From Thermodesulfobacteriota bacterium (lineage in GTDB: Bacteria > Desulfobacterota > WTBG01 > JAGOGO01), in contig CP113000.1 of NCBI GenBank assembly GCA_026625185.1, positions 3,102,651-3,134,650 on the forward strand: a DNA stretch of 32,000 bases, given 5' to 3'. The translations under genes were made by a program, and so were the position numbers. The notes beneath the pieces are model-generated. The model searched no databases. It saw only the letters and a program-made list of their open reading frames with translations, and was not told the origin of the DNA. Positions 1 through 8,457 of this stretch are shown in pieces. How positions within the stretch are numbered: the first letter of the stretch is position 1; every line of letters begins with the position of its first letter.

Positions 1-280
1 GTCAGCGCCAACAGAAAAAACAGATAAAGCACTATCTGTACAACTTCATGGAGATGCATGTTTCATTCTCCGGTTAAAGTGAAAATAAATAAATCCGGCA
101 CGTTCAGTACGACAAAAACCTCTATAGCAACTATGCTTTATTAAGACACCCAACATAGTAATAACCATATAAGATCAAAGGGAAAAACGCAATAAGATTC
201 CTCGTGCCCATGATTTTCTTAAAAAATGTTCTTTCAGCTTGATTATGCTCACCTCCTGAAATACAGGAAGAAAATAAAAA

Positions 281-308
281 AGACTGCTGGCATGGCAGCA
301 GTCTTTTA
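281..308. terminator. Bidirectional rho-independent-type hairpin
   Basis: 9-bp perfect stem agactgctg/cagcagtct (281-289 / 296-304) with a 6-nt loop. An A-run lies upstream and tttt downstream, so it can terminate in either direction. Confidence 0.55.
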
Positions 309-619
309 TTCTCTGTCCAATGCCCTCCCAAATGCCTACGAGGTTAGCTGACGGGCTTGGGCTTGGAAGTGCCCTATTCTTCTCAATGAGAAATTAGCCC
401 CTGTTACTTGGGTCCCCCGCATCCATGGTTTCCATGGATCTCGGCGACATAATATTATTTATATTTTGATAAATTATCGATCGCAAAAATCAAAAAGTCA
501 AGTAGAAAAACAGCAACGAATTGCCTCAAATTAAATGTTACCCAAAGAGTGATTAAAAAGGGATCGTTGACTCATAAATAGATGTTGCCGAACATCGACT
601 TCCAAAAGGAGGGATAATT

Positions 620-1156
620 ATGAGTCCACGGTCCAAACGAGAGTATCGGGAGGCAGTTTATTTGCGGTATAAAAATGCCCCTCGTCGTGAAAAAACCGCC
701 ATCCTAGATGAATTCTGCGCTACCTGCGGATGTCACCGCAAACACGCCATCCGAGTCCTCAAAAGGTTCAAACGCTTTACCAAACCAAAGGGGAAAAGAA
801 GAGGAAAACCAACCATTTATCAGAATGAGGCTATCGGTAAACCCCTTAAAGAAATCTGGCTTAAAGCTAATCTGCCCTGTTCAAAACGCCTCAAGGTCAT
901 TTTGCCGCTCTGGCTTCCTGGATATGTTGAACTCTTCGGCCAACTCCCTGCGGATGTTACCAGTGCCTTGCTGAGAATCTCTCCTCCAACTATAGACAGG
1001 CTTCTTAAGCCTATTCGAATCCATTACACAAAACGGGGCCGCTCTACCACAAAGCCAGGAACTCTTCTACGAAAGAAAATCCTCATAAAAACCAACCAAT
1101 GGGATGAGTCACGCTGGGTTTACCCCTCGGCCCACTCCGATATAGTGATACCCTAA
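620..1156 (+). pseudogene. N-terminal fragment (~160 aa) of a DDE/rve-type IS transposase; catalytic core absent
   Basis: SD ggaggg sits before the ATG. The N-terminus is typical of integrase-core transposases (ILDEFCATCGCHRKHAIRVL, LPCSKRLKVILPLWLP, NQWDESR). The ORF ends before any DDE domain, and its last ~16 codons run antisense into the ugd 3' end. Confidence 0.6.
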
Positions 1157-2428
1157 TTCAGACATTCTTTCCGGTTCATAAATATTTCTCAAGTCTACGA
1201 TCAATGGCTGCGCCATGAGCTTTTTCACCTCTTTGAGATCAAGGTTCCTGAATTCGTTCCACTCCGTAAGAATAACGAGACCATCTACTCCTTTAACTAC
1301 CGAATAGGCATCTATTCCGTAAGTAAGATTTATAGAATTTACCGCCTTTTTAAACTCATCCATCCCCTCGGGATCATACGCTTTTACTTTTGCCCCTTTT
1401 TGCAGTAAGGCCTGAATAATATCAATAGCCGGAGATTCTCTCACATCACTGGTGTTGGGCTTAAAAGCAAGGCCTAAGATAGCGATCATCTTCCCTTCTA
1501 AGGATCCTACTGCTTTCTCAATCTTTTCCACCATTACCCTGCGCTGATTCCGGTTTACTTTAATGACTGATTCAACAATACTGACGGGGCTTCCGAGTTT
1601 TTTTCCCAAAAAGGCAAACGCGTGAGTATCCTTGGGAAAGCATGACCCTCCAAAGCCTGGACCAGGGTGAAGAAATTTCGAACCGATCCTTTTGTCCAAC
1701 CCCATGGCTTTAGCTACCTGATGCACATCTGCCCCGACCTTTTCACAAATATTAGCCACCTCATTAATAAAGGAAATTTTAGTAGCAAGAAAAGCATTGG
1801 AAGCATATTTAATTATTTCTGCGGTCTCCAAATTGGTAAAAACAAAGGGGGTCTCGATCAAGTAAAGCGACCGATAAATATCTTTCATAATTGCCAAGGC
1901 GCGGGGACTCTCCGCACCAATTACCACCCGGTCGGGCCGCATAAAGTCTTCAATGGCAGATCCTTCCCGGAGAAATTCAGGATTAGAAACAATATCAATG
2001 TTACTTCTTTTTTTTAGTTTTTTTTGAACCATCTTTTTAAACCAGTTATTTGTTCCCACCGGCACCGTACTTTTTAACACAAGAACTTTATAGTCATCAA
2101 TTATTTCTCCCAGACTCTCTGCCACTTCTTCCACTTGAGAGAGATCGGTTTGCCCTTGGCCATTATCCGGTGTTCCTACGGCAACAAAAATCACCAGGGA
2201 ACGATCCACGGCCGTCTCGAGGTTTGAGTCAAAAGATAGCCTCCCATTTTTCACGTTTCGTTGGACTAACTCCTCCAGGCCAGGCTCATAAAATGGGATC
2301 TCTCCTTTGTGGAGTTTTTGAATCCTTTCCCGGTCTTTATCAACGCAGATAACCCTCATACCAAAATCAGCGAGCCCGGCTCCTGAAACCAACCCCACGT
2401 ATCCCGTACCAATCATCGTAATGTTCAT
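1109..2428 (-). CDS. ugd: UDP-glucose 6-dehydrogenase
   Basis: 439 aa with N-terminal Rossmann motif GTGYVGLVSG, catalytic-Cys motif GGSCFPKD, and UDPG/GDP-mannose dehydrogenase architecture throughout. Confidence 0.9.
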   Translation of the reverse strand: MNITMIGTGYVGLVSGAGLADFGMRVICVDKDRERIQKLHKGEIPFYEPGLEELVQRNVKNGRLSFDSNLETAVDRSLVIFVAVGTPDNGQGQTDLSQVEEVAESLGEIIDDYKVLVLKSTVPVGTNNWFKKMVQKKLKKRSNIDIVSNPEFLREGSAIEDFMRPDRVVIGAESPRALAIMKDIYRSLYLIETPFVFTNLETAEIIKYASNAFLATKISFINEVANICEKVGADVHQVAKAMGLDKRIGSKFLHPGPGFGGSCFPKDTHAFAFLGKKLGSPVSIVESVIKVNRNQRRVMVEKIEKAVGSLEGKMIAILGLAFKPNTSDVRESPAIDIIQALLQKGAKVKAYDPEGMDEFKKAVNSINLTYGIDAYSVVKGVDGLVILTEWNEFRNLDLKEVKKLMAQPLIVDLRNIYEPERMSELGYHYIGVGRGVNPA

Positions 2429-2478
2429 GATTTTCTACCTCGTGCCGTTATAGGTTAAGAATTTTTCCCGTTAAGTTT

Positions 2479-3306
2479 TTATGCATAGCTGTGAAGACCA
2501 GTAAGAAGATAATTAACACCAAAATAAGTAAAAATAACGGCGACAAAACCAACGATCGAAAGAATCGCTGCCTTCTTCCCGCGCCACCCATGGGTGTATC
2601 GAGCATGGAGAAAGGCAGCATAAAAAAACCACGTAATAAGTGACCACGTTTCTTTAGGGTCCCAACTCCAGTAACTCCCCCAAGCATAGTTAGCCCAGGC
2701 AGCGCCAGTAATTATTCCTATGGTAAGCATGGGAAAACCAATGGCGATGGCCTTGTAGTTAACATCATCCAAAACACCTTCATCAGGTAATATCCCTTGT
2801 CTTTCCTTAAGCGCTACGGTGGCAATTAAATAAATAATACTGACCCCAAAGGAAACGGCAAAAGCAGCGTACCCGATAAAGCAGGTAATAACATGGTAGG
2901 TAAGCCAATTGCTCTGGAGTGCTGGAACAAGCGGTTGAATTTCATTGGAAAAAGAATCAGTGAGCGTGGTAAGGGCTAACAGTATAGAAGCAACCGGCGT
3001 AACAAATGCTCCCAGAGTTTTTATTTTTACTTTATATTCAATCACTAAATAAATAAAAATGATAACCAAAGCAAAAAATACCATGGACTCAAACTGATTT
3101 GAAAGAGGGATGTGCCCATACCCGAGCGCATAGGATTCTTTCCAGCGAAGGATGAAGGCGGCTATCTGCCCAATCAGTCCGCTTAAGGTTACCATAGTGG
3201 CAAGATTCCCGATTACTTTACTCCGAAATGCCAAATAGCAGATGTACAAAAACGTGCTTAAAAGATAAACAAAGGTAACAACGCTGAGTATCCTGGAACT
3301 CACCAT
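2479..3306 (-). CDS. ccsA: Cytochrome c biogenesis protein CcsA/ResC (System II haem handling)
   Basis: Polytopic membrane protein with the Trp-rich WWD-type motif WGSYWSWDPKETW and flanking His residues. It lies directly downstream of resB. Confidence 0.85.
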   Translation of the reverse strand: MVSSRILSVVTFVYLLSTFLYICYLAFRSKVIGNLATMVTLSGLIGQIAAFILRWKESYALGYGHIPLSNQFESMVFFALVIIFIYLVIEYKVKIKTLGAFVTPVASILLALTTLTDSFSNEIQPLVPALQSNWLTYHVITCFIGYAAFAVSFGVSIIYLIATVALKERQGILPDEGVLDDVNYKAIAIGFPMLTIGIITGAAWANYAWGSYWSWDPKETWSLITWFFYAAFLHARYTHGWRGKKAAILSIVGFVAVIFTYFGVNYLLTGLHSYA

Positions 3307-3401
3307 ACGCTATTTATTCTCCTTCTTCTGTGAGGAACAATCCAAAATAAGGAAGGGAACAGATCCATCCCCAGCACATTTCACATCACCCATTCGGCAT
3401 C

Positions 3402-4802
3402 TCAGATATTTTCAATTTCTGCCTTTAGCCTCTCGAACACTTTTTCAAAACCGATCCGGTTCTTACGAGCAGTCCCGGCCATTACCAGCTCGAGGTTATT
3501 TCCCACAGTCTTTGTTCTTATCCACACCTGTTGATGAGAAAAGAAAAAGGTACTGAGAATTCCAAGAATCATGAGAATACATCCCGCCCAGACCACGTTA
3601 ACCCCCGGGTCCTTTGTGACCTGAAGACCGGTATAGACTTTTGTTCCAATATCTTGAATCAAAAATTGATACTCACCTTTACTGCCATGAAAATCCGGGA
3701 ATTTTTGGAAGACCCAGGTTTGAGTCTGAAGCTCGTCGCCCTTAAATATCAATAACTCTAACGCGGGATTGTGCAGTGCAAAAGAGCGATTCATCACCGT
3801 TCCATTTTCATCCAAAATAAAATCAGGAAAAAATCGGTTTACTTTTATTCTCAGACCAGTTGTGGGGAGGGTAAAGCTTTCTCCCAAATTCACATGAAAT
3901 TCTCTGCCTGGTTCCTTACTTCTTTTTTTTCTAACCCGAAGGGTTATTTCTCCTCGTTGATCGGCAGCCTCTCCAAAGCTTTCTTGATAAAACGCAAATC
4001 CTTTATATTTTAAGGGGTGGTTTACTTCGATGATTTTGGTTAGGACTTCTTTTCCATCGTCAAAAATTGTAAGGGAACTTTTATAGTCTTTCGGCGCCCC
4101 ATTAGGATAGTAAGCAACATTAAAATCATCACACCTCACCATAAAACCAAGATCGAACATAAGGCCATTCGGTAATCGTACCTGATGGATACTAGCACCC
4201 TCGGGAATTTCAACATTTCCTTTCAACCCCCAGAATGTTCCCATCAGGCCCCCTATTAAGATAATCAGCACACTGATGTGAGTGATAAAAAATCCAAGAC
4301 GGGAGTATCGTGCTTTTTCACAAAAAAAATGCCTGATTCCATTTTCTGAATTCTCTTGAGGGGAAGGAAAATCTTTTTTTAAAATTCTAACGATCTTTTC
4401 TCTGGCGTCGTTAAGAGAAATTTTTTTATCGATTCTGGTCTTAAGGGTCAAATTTTTTATCTGATCATCAGTCAAGAGAGGGTTAACCTGGGTCAAAATT
4501 TTTAAAGTCCGGGAAACATTTTTAATTGAGCACGCAAGTAAATTGATGCACAGAAGAAAAAGCAAGAGGATGAACCACCATGAATGATAGAGATCAAAAA
4601 CACCAAGCGTCTTCAACATATTATAGGAAGCAGTATCATAATGCCTGAGATACTCACCTTCCGTAAGATTTTGAGGGAGCAAGGTGCCGATGATAGAAAC
4701 TGCAGCCAGAAGAAGTAAAAGCGCAATAGTAAGTTTAAGGGAAGTTAAAAAATCATTTTTCCTTTTTTTCGACCCTTCGGTTTTTCCCTTGTTGTGCTTC
4801 AT
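3402..4802 (-). CDS. resB: Cytochrome c biogenesis protein ResB/Ccs1
   Basis: N-terminal TM helices, a large soluble domain and a C-terminal TM helix, paired with ccsA. I moved the start to ATG 4802 (MKHNKGK...), which overlaps the upstream stop as TAATG. The track ORF began at 4847, inside the upstream gene. Confidence 0.75.
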   Translation of the reverse strand: MKHNKGKTEGSKKRKNDFLTSLKLTIALLLLLAAVSIIGTLLPQNLTEGEYLRHYDTASYNMLKTLGVFDLYHSWWFILLLFLLCINLLACSIKNVSRTLKILTQVNPLLTDDQIKNLTLKTRIDKKISLNDAREKIVRILKKDFPSPQENSENGIRHFFCEKARYSRLGFFITHISVLIILIGGLMGTFWGLKGNVEIPEGASIHQVRLPNGLMFDLGFMVRCDDFNVAYYPNGAPKDYKSSLTIFDDGKEVLTKIIEVNHPLKYKGFAFYQESFGEAADQRGEITLRVRKKRSKEPGREFHVNLGESFTLPTTGLRIKVNRFFPDFILDENGTVMNRSFALHNPALELLIFKGDELQTQTWVFQKFPDFHGSKGEYQFLIQDIGTKVYTGLQVTKDPGVNVVWAGCILMILGILSTFFFSHQQVWIRTKTVGNNLELVMAGTARKNRIGFEKVFERLKAEIENI

Positions 4803-5209
4803 TAAAACGTAATCTCCACTGCCCGAAAGGGACACATCGTCACACAAAGTTCACAGGCGATACATTTGTCCTTTTCAAATACTATTTTCATCTTTTTGCG
4901 GTCAACAGTAATAGCACCGGATCGACACACTCCCGAGCATGCGGTACATTGAGTACATCTATCCTCGAAAAAGGCAACATCAAGCGCTAATGGTTCAACC
5001 TTTACGCCCAAGCCTTTAAGAAATTCTTCTCCCAGTTTTAATTTTTCTTTTTTCCCTTTAAGTTCTACGATAAGCCTTCCCTCCTCTTTGGGAGTAACGC
5101 GGGCGCGAAGGATATTTAATTCCAGATCATAATCCTTAACCAGATGATAGGTAATTGGTTGATCAATTAAATTATTGGGAAAGGTAAGTAAGAGTTTCCT
5201 TTTTGCCAT
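4802..5209 (-). CDS. NIL-domain 2x[4Fe-4S] ferredoxin (partner of the COG1900 homocysteine biosynthesis protein)
   Basis: An N-terminal NIL-like domain is followed by two ferredoxin motifs, CTQCTACSGVC and CIACELCVTMCP. It sits immediately downstream of the COG1900 gene. Confidence 0.8.
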   Translation of the reverse strand: MAKRKLLLTFPNNLIDQPITYHLVKDYDLELNILRARVTPKEEGRLIVELKGKKEKLKLGEEFLKGLGVKVEPLALDVAFFEDRCTQCTACSGVCRSGAITVDRKKMKIVFEKDKCIACELCVTMCPFRAVEITF

Positions 5210-5229
5210 TTATTACACTCCCCCTTTTA

Positions 5230-6435
5230 TCACTGAAGAGGACGTTCTTGTAATGGTTTTAAATTCACCCCAGACTTTGAGTCAGGAAGCGTTGCCACTG
5301 ACTCCGTTAAAATAAATTTACTTTCTTTGATCCAGGACTTTAATAACAAAGCTATTTCTCGGGCTTTAAAATAAGACGAAAACCCTCCGGTCGGGATCTT
5401 TTTTCCTCTCAGTTCGATTGTTCCGCTCCTTAATTGCGCATAAGTAACTTCACTCAAGATATCTGATTCACGCTGAGGATACGCCTGACTGTAATCTACT
5501 ACCGGAGCGACTATCTCAGAATCTTTAACTGAAGTAGCCCGAAGCACCTCTTCGTCAAGAATTGGAATCGGAATCCCAATACCAACCGCAAGCGTACACC
5601 CATATCCTATAAAAGATGCTCCTCGAAGCCAGTGCGAATTCATACCTTTTAAATCCCCCAACACTGTCAGTGTTCCGGCTGGCCGATAGGGCACATGGTT
5701 CTCGCCCCGCAAAACAGTTGGGTTGTGTTGGGTACCATTCCAAACGACATACCCCACGCCACCCCCCAAAAAAATCCTCGTTCCAATTCCAATAGTGCGG
5801 TATTCCGGGTCATTCAGCAGAGGGGAAAGTTGTCCGGCACTTGAATAAGTGGCATTTCCCAAATTGGGTAAAAGCATGCCCATGTAAGTATAAATTACTT
5901 TATCAGAAATATTGACAGCAACATTATAATTCTGATAGGCATTACGGGGATTGAATAATACAGCCTCATTCATCTCTTTAAGAGACACCCAAGTTTCCAG
6001 CCTTTTCTTCGGGTAACAATCCGTTCCATACGCTTGTACAGACAACCGAACATCTTTACCAGCAACCAAATCTTCGATAACGTTCCCCCCCCCATATTCA
6101 AATCTTCCCGGAAAAACCGAATTGCGTGGGTCTTCCTCGGGTAAGGCAGTAGCCCCAAGATAAAAATCAGCTGCCGCAAGCCCCGCATAAGCAGGAACGT
6201 CATTAAGATGGACCTTCCCTCCCCCCAGTTTTATACGAGGTCGGGTATGTCCTACGTTGAAAAAAGCCCCGGAGGAACACATGGGTCCAAAGGTACCTGT
6301 TGTAACCACATCAACTTTTTGGGCAGCTTTTTTAACTCCCTCTTCAGCCACAAAATCAATGATCTCTTCAGCAGTTAAAACAACCGCTTCACCTTTCTTA
6401 ATTTTCTCATTTATCTCTTGAATAGTTTTAGGCAT
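5230..6435 (-). CDS. COG1900/DUF39 homocysteine biosynthesis protein (sulfur incorporation, methanogen-type route)
   Basis: ~400 aa with the DUF39-type sequence throughout (VVTTGTFGPMCSSGAFFN, GGGVGYVVWNGTQHN). I chose ATG 6435 as the start because it is preceded by aggag at good spacing; the track used TTG 6441. Confidence 0.8.
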   Translation of the reverse strand: MPKTIQEINEKIKKGEAVVLTAEEIIDFVAEEGVKKAAQKVDVVTTGTFGPMCSSGAFFNVGHTRPRIKLGGGKVHLNDVPAYAGLAAADFYLGATALPEEDPRNSVFPGRFEYGGGNVIEDLVAGKDVRLSVQAYGTDCYPKKRLETWVSLKEMNEAVLFNPRNAYQNYNVAVNISDKVIYTYMGMLLPNLGNATYSSAGQLSPLLNDPEYRTIGIGTRIFLGGGVGYVVWNGTQHNPTVLRGENHVPYRPAGTLTVLGDLKGMNSHWLRGASFIGYGCTLAVGIGIPIPILDEEVLRATSVKDSEIVAPVVDYSQAYPQRESDILSEVTYAQLRSGTIELRGKKIPTGGFSSYFKAREIALLLKSWIKESKFILTESVATLPDSKSGVNLKPLQERPLQ

Positions 6436-6599
6436 TAGCAATTTCTCCTGTGCGGATACGCTAAAATAAATAAAAACAGTTTACCTAATAACATGTTAGA
6501 AGAACAAAAGCAAGGGGCTACATGAAGTATCCTAAATATTTTATTAAATAATTATTATGAAAATTATAAAAAAAATTTTTTTTATTATTTTAAGATAAC

Positions 6600-6642
6600 T
6601 TGACAAATTTAAGAGATGTATTAGTAATAATAACTATTATTA
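6600..6642 (+). promoter_or_regulatory. Sigma-70-type promoter with an overlapping Fur/PerR-type operator palindrome
   Basis: TTGACA at 6600-6605 and a weak -10 (tagtaa/agtaat) about 16-17 nt downstream. An 8-2-8 inverted repeat TAATAATA-AC-TATTATTA (6625-6642) overlaps the -10/TSS region. It lies 21 nt upstream of the rbr ATG, and a Fur-family regulator is encoded 1.1 kb downstream. Confidence 0.5.
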
Positions 6643-6662
6643 ATATTAATTTTGAGGTGCCG

Positions 6663-7235
6663 ATGCAATTAAAAGGAAGCAAAACTGAAAAAATTTTAGT
6701 GACAGCAACTTGCTGGAGAATCACAGGCTAGGAACCGGTATTCTTTTTTTGCTTCTCAAGCAAAAAAAGAAAATTTTGAACAAATATCTTCCTTTGTTAT
6801 AGAAACTGCAGACAATGAAAAAGAACATGCCAAAAGATTTTTTAAGTTTCTTGAAGGCGGAGATGTGGTAGTTAGTGCCGGTTTTTCTGCCGGGATGATT
6901 GCCAGCACACTTGAAAATCTTGTGTCGGCGGCAATAGGGGAAAATCATGAGTGGAGCATTTTATATCCTGAATTTGCCAAGGTTGCAGACACCGAAGGCT
7001 TAACGGAAATTGCCAAGGTTTTAGAAATATAGCTCAGGCAGGAAAACATCATGAAAAACGTTATGGTGACCTTCTGAAAAATATTAAAGAAGAAAAAGTT
7101 TTTAAAAAAGATGTGGTTATTTTATGGAAGTGCCGCAACCGCGGGTATGTCCATGAAGGGATGGAGGCTCCCGAAGAATGTCCAGCTTGAGTTCATCCCC
7201 AGTCCTACTTTGAAATTTTAGGGAAAAATTGGTAA
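6663..7235 (+). pseudogene. rbr: Rubrerythrin, decayed (two frameshifts, Cys-to-Arg, Cys codon replaced by TGA)
   Basis: Manual three-frame reading gives MQLKGSKTEKILVTAT | AGESQARNRYSFFASQAKKENFEQ...ETADNEKEHAKRFFKFLEGG...EIAKV | RNIAQAGKHHEKRY...WKCRNRGYVHEGMEAPEECPA*VHPQSYFEILGKNW. The frame changes near 6710 and 7021. The first CxxC reads CRNR (Arg codon 7140-7142) and the second reads CPA-TGA (7188-7190). Confidence 0.75.
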
Positions 7236-7296
7236 AATATAAAAAATTGGATGAATGGATTCTTTCGCCTAAAAAAATTTCAAAAAGGAGAATCTC

Positions 7297-7482
7297 ATGA
7301 AAAATTCGTGGAAATGTAATCAGTGTGGCTACATTCTTCAACAAAATATCCCTCCCGCCAAATGTCCATCGTGCCAGAAAGATTGTACTTTTATTGACGT
7401 TAGTTGCTACACACCGGACTGTGGTGGACCCGGGTCAGGCAATATCGACCCGCAATTAATAAAAAAAGAACCTGAACGTTAA
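7297..7482 (+). CDS. Small rubredoxin-like / zinc-ribbon Cys-rich protein (rdl-like)
   Basis: Strong SD aaggag. The 61-aa product has CNQC...CPSC knuckles plus extra Cys (DCTF, SCYTPDC). Its position after rbr resembles rbr-rdl arrangements in PerR regulons of sulfate reducers. Confidence 0.6.
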   Translation: MKNSWKCNQCGYILQQNIPPAKCPSCQKDCTFIDVSCYTPDCGGPGSGNIDPQLIKKEPER

Positions 7483-7533
7483 GAAGGCATTCATTCTCTT
7501 AAAAAAATATTTTTTAAAAAGGGGAAACCGAAA

Positions 7534-7698
7534 ATGATGTGGATATGCCAAACCCCAAATTGTGGATATATCTATTCCCCTGCAAAAGGCGACAAAAAAG
7601 GAAAAATTCTCCAGGGCACTCCTTTTGAAAAATTACCGGAAGATTGGCGATGCCCTATTTGCGGAGCGTCCAAAAAAAGTTTCCTTCCGGTTGAATGA
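7534..7698 (+). CDS. Rubredoxin (54 aa; missed by the ORF track because it is short)
   Basis: MMWICQTPNCGYIYSPAKGD...FEKLPEDWRCPICGASKKSF carries the canonical CxxCGY...W.CPxCG rubredoxin signature. SD gggga lies upstream. The gene ends in TGA at 7696-7698. Confidence 0.85.
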   Translation: MMWICQTPNCGYIYSPAKGDKKGKILQGTPFEKLPEDWRCPICGASKKSFLPVE

Positions 7699-7751
7699 AA
7701 GTGAGTCAACCATACCTATAATTACCCTTTCTTTTCTAAAAAGAATATACG

Positions 7752-8147
7752 GTGAAAGCAGAGAAAAAAATTTTTATTACTAAACAGCGGCAGGTGATAT
7801 TAGAAGAACTCAAAAAAACGGTTTCGCATCCTACTGCTGATGAGGTTTTTTTGATGGTTCGCCAGCGGTTACCCAAGATTAGTTTAGGAACGGTATACCG
7901 CAATCTCGAGCTCCTCTCCGAAAATGGGGTGATTCAAAAGCTTGACTGGTCGGGCCGGCAAAAACGGTATGATGGAAATTTTGAAAATCATTACCACATT
8001 CGTTGTTTGAACTGTGGTCGCGTGGACGATGTTCTAATTAAGCCCTTTTCAGTCGTCGAAGAAACGTTTCGCGCAGTTAGTGATTATAAAATCATAGGGC
8101 ATCGGTTAGAAGTTTTAGGACTTTGTGCCAACTGTAAGAAACCTTAA
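7752..8147 (+). CDS. Fur-family transcriptional regulator (PerR-like by context)
   Basis: Winged-helix region HPTADEVF...ISLGTVYRNLELLSENGVI and C-terminal CxxC pairs (CLNCGR, CANC). The start is a GTG and is uncertain. Confidence 0.85.
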   Translation: MKAEKKIFITKQRQVILEELKKTVSHPTADEVFLMVRQRLPKISLGTVYRNLELLSENGVIQKLDWSGRQKRYDGNFENHYHIRCLNCGRVDDVLIKPFSVVEETFRAVSDYKIIGHRLEVLGLCANCKKP

Positions 8148-8166
8148 GTTTAAACGGAGGTTTGTT

Positions 8167-8403
8167 ATGGAAAAAGAAGTGAAGGTTTTCACGCTTCCCA
8201 CCTGACCCCATTGTAAAACAGCGAAAGAGTATCTTTCGCAAAAAGGTATCACCTATCAGGAGTTTGATGTGGGAAAAGATAAGGAAGCTGCCAAAGAAAT
8301 GATTAGAGTGTCGAGCGCTCGAAGTGTGCCGGTTATTGTCATTGGAACCGAGGTCATTGTCGGCTTTAATAATGCACGAATCGATGCCGCATTAAGCCGA
8401 TAA
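8167..8403 (+). CDS. Glutaredoxin-like protein (YruB/NrdH-like) with selenocysteine: active site T-U-P-H-C
   Basis: SD ggagg lies 8 nt before ATG 8167. The 78-codon frame is interrupted only by TGA 8203-8205, in MEKEVKVFTLPT-TGA-PHCKTAKEYLSQKGITYQEFDV...SVPVIVIG, which is the first Cys of the CPxC motif. A downstream hairpin follows. Confidence 0.75.
8221..8239 (+). promoter_or_regulatory. Candidate bacterial SECIS hairpin for the Grx-like gene
   Basis: Perfect 7-bp stem gcgaaag/ctttcgc with loop agtat, starting 15 nt after the UGA. Confidence 0.5.
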
Positions 8404-8457
8404 GGTCACGGATTGGGTGGTGCAGAAAATATAATTAATATTATCAAGGAGGGAAAA

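Noticed and set aside
1-59. Possible 5' end of a - strand membrane protein gene (MHLHEVVQIVLYLFFLLAL..., with ggag 8 nt upstream of the ATG at 59)
   Set aside because: Only 19 codons are visible before the window edge, which is too little to call a gene or a product.
131-331. 66-aa ORF on the - strand
   Set aside because: It runs straight through the 281-304 terminator hairpin, has no SD, and its sequence has no recognisable features. It is most likely non-coding.
331-420. Possible tRNA or tRNA-Sec in ggaagtgccctattcttctcaatgagaa... (contains TCA in a hairpin loop context)
   Set aside because: No cloverleaf can be drawn. The local hairpin ttctc-aat-gagaa has a 3-nt loop, and there is no acceptor or T-arm complementarity.
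708-974. Alternative-frame 88-aa ORF inside the transposase fragment
   Set aside because: It overlaps the frame that carries recognisable transposase N-terminal motifs and has no independent support.
7188-7190. TGA in rubrerythrin read as selenocysteine
   Set aside because: The TGA is at a Cys ligand position. However, the gene also has two frameshifts, the partner CxxC has lost a Cys to Arg, and only a weak 5-bp/11-nt-loop hairpin follows. A pseudogene is more parsimonious. It is kept as a caveat in the findings.
8428-8446. AT-rich near-palindrome atataattaatattatc upstream of the Hrb-type gene read as a second PerR box
   Set aside because: The half-sites are not truly inverted (atataat versus aatatta), and the sequence is indistinguishable from generic AT-rich sequence without a genome-wide motif model.
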